This document shows, piece by piece, positions 30,591 to 40,941 of a DNA stretch of 64,000 nt; the stretch's first letter is position 1, and every line of letters starts with the position of its first letter. Origin of the DNA: SAR324 cluster bacterium SAR324-CTD7B (GTDB taxonomy: Bacteria; SAR324; NAC60-12); the NCBI GenBank assembly GCA_002082305.1, contig LSNO01000081.1:2041-66040 (forward strand). The letters run 5' to 3'. A model generated the notes under the pieces. That model saw nothing but the letters and a program-made list of their open reading frames with translations, had not been told where the DNA came from and made no database searches. Both the position numbers and the translations under genes were made by a program.

Positions 30591-31223
30591 TTATTTTGTA
30601 CCAAAAATTCTATCTCCGGCATCTCCTAATCCGGGTAAAATATAAGCATGGTCGTTCAATTTTTCGTCAATTGCAGCAACGAAAATAGGCACATCTGGAT
30701 GTACTTTATTAAAATATTCAATGCCTTCCGGTGCTGCCAACAGACAGACAAAGCGAATATTTTCTGCACCATTTTCCTTTAAACGTGTTACTGCCGCAGC
30801 AGAAGAATGTCCGGTGGCCAGCATTGGGTCCAGCGCCAATACCAGGCGTTGATTGATTAAATCCGGAAGTTTCATGTAATATTCAACTGCGACCAGTGTT
30901 TCTGGATCACGGTACAGCCCAATGTGGCCAACTCTCGCAGATGGAAGAAGTTCCATAAATCCATCCAACAATCCATTACCTGCTCTTAATATTGAAACCA
31001 GACAAAGCTTTTTCCCCTCCAGAAAAGGAGCATCCATTTTCATCAGTGGTGTTTCGATTTCTTCATAAATGAGCGGCAAGTCCTTGGTCACTTCGTAAGC
31101 CAGCAAAGTGCCTACCTCCCGGATCAATGTACGAAAACTCTGGGTGGAGGTGCTCTTTTTACGCATCAGCGAAAGTTTGTGCTGAACAAGTGGATGGCTA
31201 ATGACCTGTAAATTTTCCGGCAT
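30591..31223 (-). CDS. upp: Uracil phosphoribosyltransferase
   Basis: Opens [15 protein letters not shown], has a PRPP-binding loop and the C-terminal [17 protein letters not shown]. Confidence 0.9.
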   Translation of the reverse strand: MPENLQVISHPLVQHKLSLMRKKSTSTQSFRTLIREVGTLLAYEVTKDLPLIYEEIETPLMKMDAPFLEGKKLCLVSILRAGNGLLDGFMELLPSARVGHIGLYRDPETLVAVEYYMKLPDLINQRLVLALDPMLATGHSSAAAVTRLKENGAENIRFVCLLAAPEGIEYFNKVHPDVPIFVAAIDEKLNDHAYILPGLGDAGDRIFGTK

Positions 31224-31335
31224 TTTTATCTCCTGTTAATTCTATTTGACCGTTAATCATTTATGGTCTAGTACTTTACACTTCCAGACCGAGAAGAGCA
31301 AACCACAAAATATTAGCTAAGTAAGTGGGATTGAT

Positions 31336-32973
31336 TTAAGCTTGTTTGTCCTCTTGACGCTGTTCAGCACTCAGACGGCCAAGAGAATACTCATTCAAAT
31401 CAACAAATTTCATATATTTCGCCAGCAAAGGTTGTGCTGCTTCCACTTTCCGGAACATTTCCTGGGCAATACGACGATATCCGGTGTGTCCTTGTGGAGT
31501 ACTGCGAATTTCCGTCAGCCATATCAGGGCCCGTAAATTAATATGTACATACCAGCGAATATTGTAGCTCATTGGCACCACATATTGTGCTTCATAGGGA
31601 AAATCTTTAGCAATCGTTTCAAAGGCTTCAGCAGAACGGGCCATGGTTTCATGATACTCTGCACCTAAACCTGCATCTTCAATTTCATACGGTGTATCAT
31701 AACCAAAGCGTGTAGTCAGTGGTTGACGTTCCTGGGTGAGCATCCGGTGCCTCTGTAAATCACGGTACATGCCGTAATCCCCCAAAATATCGAAAGTGTA
31801 GAAAGGCATCTCCAAACCACGTTCCGGTTTATGCCGTCGGTGATTTCGCAAGGCAACAGTCTCTTCAATCAGTCTGGTTTTTTCTGAATCCGGTAGAGCG
31901 CGGACACGCTCACGTATTTGCTGTAAAGTCAATCCGGAGTGTGAGTAAAGCAAGGCTGCCAGAAGTTTGGTTTCCGCTTCCGGATCAAAATCTACCAGTC
32001 GAACTGCTTCCGCAGAGTCTGCTTTCAATTGCCCCAGATACTTTGAGTAAAATTTACTAATGAGTTTTTGCTGGGCCAGACTGAAATTTCGGAAATCCTG
32101 AAAATGCCGGTGTCCAGCTTCTGCACGCCGTACAAAAGAAGGAATTACTTTTGCTAATTCTTCGAAGGCAAATTGACCAATTTCGTTCAGTTCTCCGAAG
32201 GGCTCGGTTCTTAATTTCATTATCAGGGTTTCAAAAAAACGCCCGTTGCCAAAAACACCCATGTTCGTCAGAGTAGCAGATGGTAATAATCCACGGATAA
32301 TATCAAATCCACGTGCCCTGACGGAACGATCGTATGCGGCTTGACTAATCTCTGGATCACGAGGCAACTGTTTCCGGACGTGTGTCCGCAGTGGTTCAGT
32401 AAAGCGGACATAGGTTTCAAACAGGTTCCGGCAAGTTTCCAAATACAAATCACGGTGCGCGGAATTTAGTAAAGTTGGTTCTTGATAAAATCGGAACTCT
32501 TCATTTCCGGACAATCCGGTTATTTTTTCTGCAAAAGTTACGTAGCGAGTCGATTTTTCTAATGGAGAGCCTCCGATTCGTGCATCTTCCACAGTTTTGG
32601 TAGCTAAAATGGAAATATTTTCCAACGCCAGATGCGCTCCACCAAGTTCGCCAATAGAATCGTCACCATAGCCATCAAGTATCCTGTCATAAAATTTTTG
32701 TGCAGATTCAATGGCCAGTTCCGTCTTTTTTGCAGAATCCGATTGGTTTGAACCAGTTTGCATGTCAGAAAATCTGGATTCTTTTTCCTGAATAAAATCC
32801 CTGAGCAATAATGTGCGAAGTCCAAGAGTCGAACGGGAGTAGCGGGAAAAAAGCGCACCTTTGATTACCTCGGGAAGATTAGTGAGTACAAAAACAGAGC
32901 GGTCTGTATTGGTGACGTAAGAAGAAAGAATGACTTGTTCTTCGGGGGTGAAAACTTCGTTGGAGGTGCTCAT
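31336..32973 (-). CDS. Long-form ThyX/Thy1-domain protein (flavin-dependent thymidylate synthase family, ~545 aa)
   Basis: The C-terminal half carries QRHRMLTQERQPLTTRF (RHR motif) and NLRALIWLTEIRS, which align to ThyX motifs. The N-terminal half is a degenerate second Thy1-like domain. Confidence 0.5.
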   Translation of the reverse strand: MSTSNEVFTPEEQVILSSYVTNTDRSVFVLTNLPEVIKGALFSRYSRSTLGLRTLLLRDFIQEKESRFSDMQTGSNQSDSAKKTELAIESAQKFYDRILDGYGDDSIGELGGAHLALENISILATKTVEDARIGGSPLEKSTRYVTFAEKITGLSGNEEFRFYQEPTLLNSAHRDLYLETCRNLFETYVRFTEPLRTHVRKQLPRDPEISQAAYDRSVRARGFDIIRGLLPSATLTNMGVFGNGRFFETLIMKLRTEPFGELNEIGQFAFEELAKVIPSFVRRAEAGHRHFQDFRNFSLAQQKLISKFYSKYLGQLKADSAEAVRLVDFDPEAETKLLAALLYSHSGLTLQQIRERVRALPDSEKTRLIEETVALRNHRRHKPERGLEMPFYTFDILGDYGMYRDLQRHRMLTQERQPLTTRFGYDTPYEIEDAGLGAEYHETMARSAEAFETIAKDFPYEAQYVVPMSYNIRWYVHINLRALIWLTEIRSTPQGHTGYRRIAQEMFRKVEAAQPLLAKYMKFVDLNEYSLGRLSAEQRQEDKQA

Positions 32974-32982
32974 GCAAAGATT

Positions 32983-33567
32983 TTATGTCGCCGGTACTCC
33001 CAGAGAATTGGGCAGAGCTTCTGTCTGGTCTTTGGGGGAGGGCAGGTCATTATCCTCATACTTAGTATTGGAGTGAGATTTTGGGTCATAACTGTCTCTA
33101 AGTAAATCACGTGTAAAATCAAATGTATGACGAGAGGTATAGGCCATTGAAATCACTCCGGTGTCCATTCGAATGGCGTCTTTTGGGCATGCTTCAACAC
33201 AGAGTCCGCAAAAAACGCAGCGCAGTTCGTCGATGTCAAATACTACAGGATATTTTTCAACTGAAAGGTCCGGATGCTCACCAGCCTCAATGTGAATGCA
33301 TTCTGAGGGACAAACGGTTTCACACATATAACAGGCAACACAACTGAGAAATCCGTTATCAAGCCGAGTCAACCGATGTCGTCCGCGCCATCGTTCGGAA
33401 ACATGGCGTTTTTCTTCCGGATAGCTGACAGTCACCACATCTTTTGCACCAAAAAGGTTGCGCCAGAAATGGCTTACGGTTAGTCTCAGTCCACCAAAAA
33501 TTGCTGGAAGATACAAAGCTTCTTTTGCACCGTCCACCCGTTGAACCTGTTTAACTTTTAGTTCCAT
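32983..33567 (-). CDS. nuoI: NADH-quinone oxidoreductase subunit I (2x[4Fe-4S] ferredoxin)
   Basis: Two CxxCxxCxxxCP motifs (CVACYMCETVCP and CVFCGLCVEACP). Confidence 0.85.
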   Translation of the reverse strand: MELKVKQVQRVDGAKEALYLPAIFGGLRLTVSHFWRNLFGAKDVVTVSYPEEKRHVSERWRGRHRLTRLDNGFLSCVACYMCETVCPSECIHIEAGEHPDLSVEKYPVVFDIDELRCVFCGLCVEACPKDAIRMDTGVISMAYTSRHTFDFTRDLLRDSYDPKSHSNTKYEDNDLPSPKDQTEALPNSLGVPAT

Positions 33568-33620
33568 GTTTCCTCTGTGAATTCTTATTTTTTAATTTAT
33601 CAAATCATTTAAAATCATTT

Positions 33621-34256
33621 TTATGGGGCCAGGCGCTCAATTTTCCACGATTCATCATCAATTTTTGAATATAAAAAACGATCATGCAGACGGTTAGGCC
33701 GACCCTGCCAAAATTCAAAACTTTTTGGTTTAATTCTGAATCCTCCCCAAAAATCCGGCAATGGAATTTTACCATCTGCAAATTTTCGCTTTATTTCATC
33801 AAGCTTGATTTCCAGAATTTTCCTTGAGGATAACACAGAACGCTGGTCTGAAACCCAGGCGCCCAGTTGACTGCCGCGGGGTCGACCCAAAAAATATTTA
33901 AGTGACTCACTCGTCTCAACTTTTTCTGCAACTCCGTTTATGCTCACCTGCCGTTCCAAAGTAACCCAATTAAACAGCACAGCAACATTGGGATTTTCTG
34001 CTATTTGATCCGCCTTCCTGCTTTTATAATTGGTGAAAAACACAAAACCATTTGCATCAAACAACTTCAGCAGAACAGTTCTCAACATCGGTGCTCCGGA
34101 ATGATTGACTGTTGCGAGACTCATGGCATTCGGTATTGGTTCCGATTCATTCGCTTCCTTAAACCATGCTTCAAATTCCAAAAACGGATCAGGACTTAAT
34201 TGCTCTTTGGTCAGTCCTTCATTCTGGTAGCCCTGACGCTTGAAAGTTAAATCCAT
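33621..34256 (-). CDS. pdxH: Pyridoxamine 5'-phosphate oxidase
   Basis: FMN-binding split barrel, a LRTVLLK region and the C-terminal IEFWQGRPNRLHDR typical of PdxH. Confidence 0.9.
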   Translation of the reverse strand: MDLTFKRQGYQNEGLTKEQLSPDPFLEFEAWFKEANESEPIPNAMSLATVNHSGAPMLRTVLLKLFDANGFVFFTNYKSRKADQIAENPNVAVLFNWVTLERQVSINGVAEKVETSESLKYFLGRPRGSQLGAWVSDQRSVLSSRKILEIKLDEIKRKFADGKIPLPDFWGGFRIKPKSFEFWQGRPNRLHDRFLYSKIDDESWKIERLAP

Positions 34257-34290
34257 TAATTACTCCTAAACCCTTGCTTTTCTGGAATCA

Positions 34291-35364
34291 TCACGCAAAA
34301 GCTAGAATCACAAATGCAGTTACGAACAGGTTAATTAATGAAAGCGGCAAAAGTTTTTTCCAGCCGAGAGCCATCGTTTGGTCAAAGCGAAATTTCGGCA
34401 CTGTCCAGCGTAACTGAATTTGGAACCAGCAGAAAAATAGAGTGAAGACCGAAAACTTGATAATTTGCAGGATAGTCACCAGCCACTGTGGAGCACTTTC
34501 CCAAAGGTGTAGCCAGGGGACATGATACCCACCAAAAAATAGAGTCGTAATCAAGGAAGCTACACCAACGAGTGCCACATATTCCGCAAGCATAAAAGCA
34601 GACCAGCGCATTCCGGAATATTCGAGAAAGTATCCGGCAACGATCTCAGATTCGCCTTCCGGTGCATCAAACGGGGCTCGTTTAGTCTCTGCAACAAGTG
34701 CAGTAAAAAAAAGAACAAATCCAAGGGGTTGCGTAAAAACACCCCACATGGGAATCAGGCTTCCAAACCAGTATTCATTTTGTCCGTCCACAATTCCGCT
34801 TACTCGGGTAGTTCCGTAAACCATGAAAATACCCATCAATGCCAAACCCATGAAAACTTCATAAGAAATCATTTGAGCCGAGGCACGAGTACCCCCAAGT
34901 AGTGCAAACTTACTGTTTGAACTTGTTCCTGCGAGCACTGCTCCGTATACACTGAGTGAGGTGATGGCAAAAATAAAAAGCAGCCCGGGTTCGATATCTG
35001 TCACTTGAAAAGTAAAATCCCCAATGGGTCCTGCAATCGGAATGATGGCAAATGTAGCGACTGCTGCAATCAAACCAAAAAAAGGTGCAATCAGGTACAA
35101 AAACCCGTCAGCCCCTTTTGGCATCGTATCTTCCTTGAAAATGGATTTGAGGCCATCTGCAGCAAGATGCATGATTCCATGTCCGGTAAAATTTCCAATG
35201 TTCGCCCTGTTTGGTCCTACGCGGTCCTGAATCATGGCACTCCATTTACGTTCCATTAGAGTCAAAAAAGTACCCAACGGCAGGGCAAACAACAGAACAA
35301 TCACCACAATTTTAATTATGGCCAGAACTGCCGGAATCATAATTATTTCAAGTAAAATCTCCAT
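34291..35364 (-). CDS. nuoH: NADH-quinone oxidoreductase subunit H
   Basis: 357-aa polytopic membrane protein containing the NuoH/ND1 motif MIQDRVGPNR. Confidence 0.9.
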   Translation of the reverse strand: MEILLEIIMIPAVLAIIKIVVIVLLFALPLGTFLTLMERKWSAMIQDRVGPNRANIGNFTGHGIMHLAADGLKSIFKEDTMPKGADGFLYLIAPFFGLIAAVATFAIIPIAGPIGDFTFQVTDIEPGLLFIFAITSLSVYGAVLAGTSSNSKFALLGGTRASAQMISYEVFMGLALMGIFMVYGTTRVSGIVDGQNEYWFGSLIPMWGVFTQPLGFVLFFTALVAETKRAPFDAPEGESEIVAGYFLEYSGMRWSAFMLAEYVALVGVASLITTLFFGGYHVPWLHLWESAPQWLVTILQIIKFSVFTLFFCWFQIQLRWTVPKFRFDQTMALGWKKLLPLSLINLFVTAFVILAFA

Positions 35365-35399
35365 TTTCGTTTTTCTTAACTATTTTCAATAAGCTGGAC

Positions 35400-36626
35400 T
35401 TAGCGGTCCAACTCTCCGCCAATCATGTTAACAGAACCAAAAATCGGTACGATGTCTGCGACATAATGGCCAACTGTCATGGCCGGCATGGCTGCAACAA
35501 AATTAAAACAAGGCGGGCGCATTCGTACCCTCACTGGATCACCACTACCATCTGAAACGAGATAAAAACCGATTTCACCGTTTCCGCCTTCTGTCGGCAT
35601 GTATATTTCTCCTGCAGGAGGCTGATGTCCTTCCATGACCAGCTTAAAATGATCAATCAGTCCTTCGATATTTCCATAAACATCTTTCTTATCCGGATAA
35701 TGCATCATTCGTTCGTCTGTCATAAACGGCCCTTCCGGCATTTTGTCTGCAGCCTGTTCAATTATGCTGATGCTTTGTCTGATTTCTTCCATCCGGACCA
35801 AAAAGCGATCAAAACAATCACCTGTGCTTCCTACCGGAATTTCAAAATCAAGTTCATCATAAACAGAATACGAATCCGCCCTCCGGACATCAAAAGGTAT
35901 ACCGCAAGCCCGCAACATCGGTCCGGTAAAGCCATAGGAAAGTGCATCTTCTTTTGATATAGCTCCAACATCTTTTACCCGGTCAATGAAAATTTTATTG
36001 CGAGTGAGAAGTTTGTCACATTCCGTCAAGACTTCTTTCAATTTGGCTAAACGATCTGACAGGTCGCTCAAAAATCCGTCCGGAAGGTCAAAGGCATTTC
36101 CACCGAAACGAGTCCAATTTGTCGTCAAACGCGCGCCGGTCATTTCCTCTACAAGTTCCCAAAGGTATTCACGTGCCTTGATAAACCAGAGAAAAAATGT
36201 AAATGCACCAATCTCCATGGCTACTGCTCCCAGGCAAGTCAGATGGTCTGTGATCCGTGATATTTCACCCATGATTACTCTTGTAAATTCCGCACGTCTT
36301 GGAGCTTCTATTCCATACAGTTTTTCCACTGCCATTGAATAACCGATATTACACAGCAGGGGAGAAACGTAATTCAGCCTGTCTGTATAGGGAATGACCT
36401 GAATCCATTTTGAATTTTCTGATTCCTTTTCAAAACCTCGATGAAGGTAGCCAATTTCTGCTTCCATTCCAACAATCAGTTCACCATCCAATTGAGTGGT
36501 TAATCTGACAATCCCGTGCATCGCCGGATGTGCAGGTCCAATCTCAATGCTCATAACTGAGGCGGAAAAGTCTTCTCCGGTTGAAGCATCCTCAGAACGG
36601 GACTGAAGTACGGTCATATCTGTCAT
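35400..36626 (-). CDS. nuoD: NADH-quinone oxidoreductase subunit D (49 kDa)
   Basis: 408 aa with the PAMHG and RxxxxxEIxxSxxxxxE-like regions of NuoD. Overlaps nuoC by 4 nt. Confidence 0.9.
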   Translation of the reverse strand: MTDMTVLQSRSEDASTGEDFSASVMSIEIGPAHPAMHGIVRLTTQLDGELIVGMEAEIGYLHRGFEKESENSKWIQVIPYTDRLNYVSPLLCNIGYSMAVEKLYGIEAPRRAEFTRVIMGEISRITDHLTCLGAVAMEIGAFTFFLWFIKAREYLWELVEEMTGARLTTNWTRFGGNAFDLPDGFLSDLSDRLAKLKEVLTECDKLLTRNKIFIDRVKDVGAISKEDALSYGFTGPMLRACGIPFDVRRADSYSVYDELDFEIPVGSTGDCFDRFLVRMEEIRQSISIIEQAADKMPEGPFMTDERMMHYPDKKDVYGNIEGLIDHFKLVMEGHQPPAGEIYMPTEGGNGEIGFYLVSDGSGDPVRVRMRPPCFNFVAAMPAMTVGHYVADIVPIFGSVNMIGGELDR

Positions 36627-37183
36627 GCGTGCCTCCCGTATACGTGTCGTTCCTCAACTTCTTTTAGTTCCACTAAAGGCTGCTGTTTATCAATTGGATA
36701 GTCTTTACGGAGCGGATGTCCTTCAAATTCATCGTACATCAAAATCCGTCTCAAGTCCGGATGTCCCTCGAAAACAATCCCGAACATATCAAAACATTCT
36801 CGCTCATACCAGTCTACTGCTTTCCACAAATGATGAATTGAAGCTATTTTACAATCATCTTCAGCTAAACGAACCTTCAGCCTTAAACGTCGGGCGTGGG
36901 TCAATGACTTAAAATGATAAACCATTTCGAAGCGTGGAGTCTCATTCATTTCAAGACGGTCCACTGCAGTCAAGTCCATCATTATCTCAAAAGAACAGCG
37001 TGAATCGTCACGCAAAAAGCGGCAAACAGACTCCAATGCAGACCGTTCTATAATGACTGTTTCGTCACCCCGGTGAGAATGAAAACCGGTCACAGCACCC
37101 GGAAATTCCTGCTCGAGCATGGTTGTTAGTTCACATGCTTCCGGAGGTGTTTCCGTTTCCTGTGTGGAAATTTCTTCACTCAT
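36623..37183 (-). CDS. nuoC: NADH-quinone oxidoreductase subunit C (30 kDa)
   Basis: 186 aa with the characteristic YERECFDMFGIVFEGHPDLRRIL motif. Confidence 0.85.
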   Translation of the reverse strand: MSEEISTQETETPPEACELTTMLEQEFPGAVTGFHSHRGDETVIIERSALESVCRFLRDDSRCSFEIMMDLTAVDRLEMNETPRFEMVYHFKSLTHARRLRLKVRLAEDDCKIASIHHLWKAVDWYERECFDMFGIVFEGHPDLRRILMYDEFEGHPLRKDYPIDKQQPLVELKEVEERHVYGRHA

Positions 37184-37221
37184 TATTCTTTTAAAGGTTC
37201 ATGTTTGATGATAATCACCGG

Positions 37222-37914
37222 TTATTTTTCTTTAAGAGCAGCTTTATCTTTCTGCATTCTTGGAGAGTCATAACCAATATGCGGACTAACATTGACGAAA
37301 TCTTCAGAATACGTGAATCCAGGTGTGCTGATGCGGTTACTTTTTGGATTTTGTAAATTTTCAAAGACTTCTTTTTTGGATATTTCAAAATATCGATTTA
37401 GCTGATCTGCCTTTTGATCTTTATGCCTGATAGCAGTTGGAGTAATACCGTTGGCCGTTGGGCCATCATTTTGAATACTGTTTTGCAATTCCACCAATCC
37501 GTCCAGCACAGCTTCGGGTCGCGGAGGACAGCCTGCAATATAAAGATCAACCGGAATCAAACGGTCAATACCCTGAAGTACAGAATAATTTTGATAGAAT
37601 CCTCCGGAAGATGCACATGCTCCAAAAGCAATCACCCATTTTGGATCTGCCATTTGCTCATAAATCGTCTTTAGGATCGGCGACATTTTATGAGTGATTG
37701 TTCCAACTACCCAGAGAACATCCGCCTGTCTGGGAGAAAATCTGGGAATTTCTGCTCCAAAACGGGAAATGTCATAATGTGAACAGGCTGCGGCCATGTA
37801 CTCCATTCCGCAGCAAGCAGTTACAAACGGATACTGAAAAAGTGAAAATTTCCTGGACCAATTGACCACACTGTCAAATTTTGTGGTTTTAAAACCACCA
37901 TAATCTGTTTCCAT
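37222..37914 (-). CDS. nuoB: NADH-quinone oxidoreductase subunit B (20 kDa) with a ~60-aa C-terminal extension
   Basis: N2-cluster cysteine motifs [14 protein letters not shown] and GCPPRP. Confidence 0.9.
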   Translation of the reverse strand: METDYGGFKTTKFDSVVNWSRKFSLFQYPFVTACCGMEYMAAACSHYDISRFGAEIPRFSPRQADVLWVVGTITHKMSPILKTIYEQMADPKWVIAFGACASSGGFYQNYSVLQGIDRLIPVDLYIAGCPPRPEAVLDGLVELQNSIQNDGPTANGITPTAIRHKDQKADQLNRYFEISKKEVFENLQNPKSNRISTPGFTYSEDFVNVSPHIGYDSPRMQKDKAALKEK

Positions 37915-37981
37915 AATTAGTTCCTGTTAAGTTAGCATTATTTGATATTTCTAAATTCCTCTCTTGTCATTGACAGAATTT

Positions 37982-38149
37982 TTAACAACTGACGTTCCAC
38001 TCCTGGAGATATATCATTTGAACCGTGCTTTTTGGTACCGGAAAGGTGTCCCTTCCATTTGAGAAAATAACATGAGAACCTTTTTGACGAACAACTTGAA
38101 ATCCCATTTTTTTTAGGTTTCTCTCAATTTCCCTGTATTTAAACGGCAT
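37982..38149 (-). CDS. hicA: HicA-family mRNA interferase toxin (55 aa). It is absent from the ORF track because it is shorter than 60 aa.
   Basis: Manual minus-strand translation gives MPFKYREIERNLKKMGFQVVRQKGSHVIFSNGRDTFPVPKSTVQMIYLQEWNVSC. The FxxVRQKGSH motif is diagnostic of HicA. Overlaps the hicB stop by 11 nt. Confidence 0.65.
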   Translation of the reverse strand: MPFKYREIERNLKKMGFQVVRQKGSHVIFSNGRDTFPVPKSTVQMIYLQEWNVSC

Positions 38150-38360
38150 ATTGTTCTTGTAATGCAGTCAACTCATTCCTAATGAGACGTTCTGCATTAA
38201 TTTGTTCAAGATGATAGTCCATTATCATTTCAACAACATTTTTCAGTTCTTGAACAGCTTCCTTCTCTGAGTAAGCAAATGCAAAAAGATTGGGCTGATC
38301 TTTCACTTTAGCCAGATAACCATCTCCATCTTTTTCAATAGTTGTTTGCATATTGCCCAT
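38139..38360 (-). CDS. hicB: HicB-like antitoxin (UPF0150 family, short form)
   Basis: IEKDGDGYLAKVKDQPNLFAFAYSEKEAVQELKNVVEMI resembles the HicB N-terminal domain. Paired with hicA. Confidence 0.55.
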   Translation of the reverse strand: MGNMQTTIEKDGDGYLAKVKDQPNLFAFAYSEKEAVQELKNVVEMIMDYHLEQINAERLIRNELTALQEQYAV

Positions 38361-38432
38361 TTTTCACGAAATTATTCTTTTAACGCTGGTCACAGCTGCA
38401 TTTTGAGGTTAAAGAAAAAACAATTTAATGAA

Positions 38433-38795
38433 TTACTCCCATTCCAGCGCACCTTTTTTCCAATCGTAAGCCAAACCAAGAATCAGTATTCCCAAAAAGA
38501 CTGAGCTGGCCACAAAACCAAACCACCCTAATTCACGAATCTGCACTGCCCAGGGATAAAGAAATACCACCTCTACGTCAAAAATTAGAAAGACCAAAGC
38601 AGTCATATAAAATTTAACATCATATCGATGTCCTGCCATTCCATCTCTAAGCAAACCTGATTCAAAGGGGGTCTCCTTAACTTCTCCTCTAAGTTTTGGT
38701 CCCAGAAACAGGCCGATACAGCTAAACGCACCTGCCAGAATGATTCCCAGCACAATCATAATCAATATCGGCAGGTAGCCTGATGCAATGGTCAT
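38433..38795 (-). CDS. nuoA: NADH-quinone oxidoreductase subunit A
   Basis: 120-aa three-TM protein with the ND3-like motifs ETPFESG and YMTALVFLIFDVEVVFLYPWA. Confidence 0.85.
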   Translation of the reverse strand: MTIASGYLPILIMIVLGIILAGAFSCIGLFLGPKLRGEVKETPFESGLLRDGMAGHRYDVKFYMTALVFLIFDVEVVFLYPWAVQIRELGWFGFVASSVFLGILILGLAYDWKKGALEWE

Positions 38796-39015
38796 AAGAG
38801 TAAATAGTTTTACAGGTTTCAGGTTTTTTGAGAACAGTCGGTTTTTTGTCTATGATTTCCTTTATCCCTCTTTTCAAAATATACTGCTAATACAGGAGTA
38901 AAAAGGGAAAGGTTAAAACCCGATTGTTGCACCGTATCAGCAACAAAAAATAGATCCTTCAGCTCAAAATTAGTGTCCCACACAAATCGCAAATTGTAAA
39001 TACATTTCAATTGTT

Positions 39016-40941
39016 TTAACGTACAGTCACACCCGGATTCACGTCTTCCGGAGCTTCAATCAAAACGAGTTTTCCATTATCGTCAGAAAAAAGAATCATG
39101 CCTTCAGAAACTTCGCCCATCAATTTGACCGGTTTCAAGTTTGCAACGACAAGAACTCTCCGATCAGTCAATTCTTCAGGAGTGTAGAATTCAGCTGCTC
39201 CGGAAACTATAGAACGCATACGTCCTTCTGCTAAATCGACTTCAGAACAGAGCAGCTTATTTGATTTTTCCACCTTCCGACAAGATCTGATATGGCCAAC
39301 TTTTAGTTCCATTTTCTGAAAATCGTCAAAAGCCAGCCACTCTTTTCCCTTCTCCGCCGGCTTACTTTCTATTATTTCTGTCAGTTGATCTTTTACAACA
39401 GATTCATTTTTGGCAGAAATTTTCATTTTTGGAAACAACGGTGTTGGTTCCGGCAGTTCCGTTCCCGCTACCAATACTCCGGGAGTAAGTTTCTCAAAAG
39501 GAATTGCCCCTGTACCAAGTCCGAGAGATTTACGAGCCTCGCACATCTTTTCCGGCATTACTGGATCCAGCAAGCCAACCAGGATTCTTGCCATATCCAG
39601 TGCAGTATAAAGGATAGTTCCCAAGAGCTCCCTGTCTTCCGGTTGCCCTGCCAGGCTCCATGGCTTGCAGCTGTCAATGTATTTGTTGACCTGGCTGCTG
39701 AGCCACGCTATGTGTTCCAGAGCACGATGCGGCTGAAAAGCAAGAATGTATTCCCGGCACGTTTCCACTCCTTTGCTAAACGAATTCCGGAGATCTTTTT
39801 CCAGTTCTCCAACTTCACCCAAAGGAGGTACGCAGCCCTCAAAATTATTTCGGCTCATACTTATCGAGCGGTTGAGTAAATTTCCAAAGTTATTGGCTAA
39901 ATCACCGTTGTAACGTGTGATAGCCAAATCTTCAGTAAAATTTGAATCCTCACCAAAACTCATGTCACGCAATAAAAAATAACGTAGGGCATCCACACCA
40001 AGTTGATCTTTCATGGCCAGTGGATCAACCACATTACCAAGAGATTTACTCATCTTGCTGCCTCCTACGACCCAGTGACCGTGAACCACAAGTTTTTTAA
40101 AGACAGGCAAACCTGCGGCCTTGAGCATACACGGCCAGTATATTCCATGCGTTTTTAAAATGTCCTTGCCTATTATGTGGTGTACATGCGGCCAATACTT
40201 TGTATACTTTTCTCCTTCCGGCCAGCCTAAGGCGCTCGCATAATTAAGCAGCGCATCAAACCAGACATAGGTGACAAAGTTTTTATCAAAAGGTAGATCA
40301 ATACCCCAGGCTAACCGGCTTTTAGGGCGGGAAATACACAAATCCTGAAGAGGTGCTTTTAGAAACTGTATTAGCTCATTGCGGTAACGTCCGGGATATA
40401 TCCAGCTTTCATTTTGCTTCAACTCTTCAAGCAGCCAATCCTGGTAAGCACTCATTTTGAAGAAATAATTTTGTTCCTGATAAAATTCAGGTGGTGTTTG
40501 ATGGTCCGGACAATTTCCGTCCTCCAACTCTGCTTCGTCCAAAAAACGTTCGCAACCGACGCAATAAAGACCTTCGTATTCTTTTAGATAAATTTCACCC
40601 TGATCATAAATTTTTTGCAGGATTTGCTGAACACAGGCTTTGTGTTCAGGATCAGTCGTGCGAATAAACTGATCAAAATCAATATGCAGATGCGGCCACA
40701 TTTCACGAAATTCCCGGCTGATCTCGTCCACAAATGCTTGCGGCTCAACATCAGCTTTGGCGGCAGATTCAACTATTTTTTGTCCATGCTCATCGGTGCC
40801 GGTTAAAAAATAAGTGTCATCACCAAACAGTTTACGAAAGCGTGTCAATACATCAGTCACAATCGTAGTGTAAGCATGACCAATGTGTGGATGGCTGTTT
40901 ACATAGTATATTGGAGTGGTAATGTAAAAGGTGTCGGTCAT
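39016..40941 (-). CDS. metG: Methionine--tRNA ligase with C-terminal tRNA-binding (EMAP-like) domain
   Basis: HIGH motif (HPHIGHAY), KMSKS motif, zinc knuckle and C-terminal tRNA-binding domain. Start taken at MTDTFYITTP. Confidence 0.95.
   Translation of the reverse strand: MTDTFYITTPIYYVNSHPHIGHAYTTIVTDVLTRFRKLFGDDTYFLTGTDEHGQKIVESAAKADVEPQAFVDEISREFREMWPHLHIDFDQFIRTTDPEHKACVQQILQKIYDQGEIYLKEYEGLYCVGCERFLDEAELEDGNCPDHQTPPEFYQEQNYFFKMSAYQDWLLEELKQNESWIYPGRYRNELIQFLKAPLQDLCISRPKSRLAWGIDLPFDKNFVTYVWFDALLNYASALGWPEGEKYTKYWPHVHHIIGKDILKTHGIYWPCMLKAAGLPVFKKLVVHGHWVVGGSKMSKSLGNVVDPLAMKDQLGVDALRYFLLRDMSFGEDSNFTEDLAITRYNGDLANNFGNLLNRSISMSRNNFEGCVPPLGEVGELEKDLRNSFSKGVETCREYILAFQPHRALEHIAWLSSQVNKYIDSCKPWSLAGQPEDRELLGTILYTALDMARILVGLLDPVMPEKMCEARKSLGLGTGAIPFEKLTPGVLVAGTELPEPTPLFPKMKISAKNESVVKDQLTEIIESKPAEKGKEWLAFDDFQKMELKVGHIRSCRKVEKSNKLLCSEVDLAEGRMRSIVSGAAEFYTPEELTDRRVLVVANLKPVKLMGEVSEGMILFSDDNGKLVLIEAPEDVNPGVTVR

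Noticed and set aside
38819-39010. 63-aa ORF in the metG-nuoA spacer
   Set aside because: It has no recognisable domain and an odd composition, and it lies in a probable promoter or leader region for nuoA. Likely spurious.
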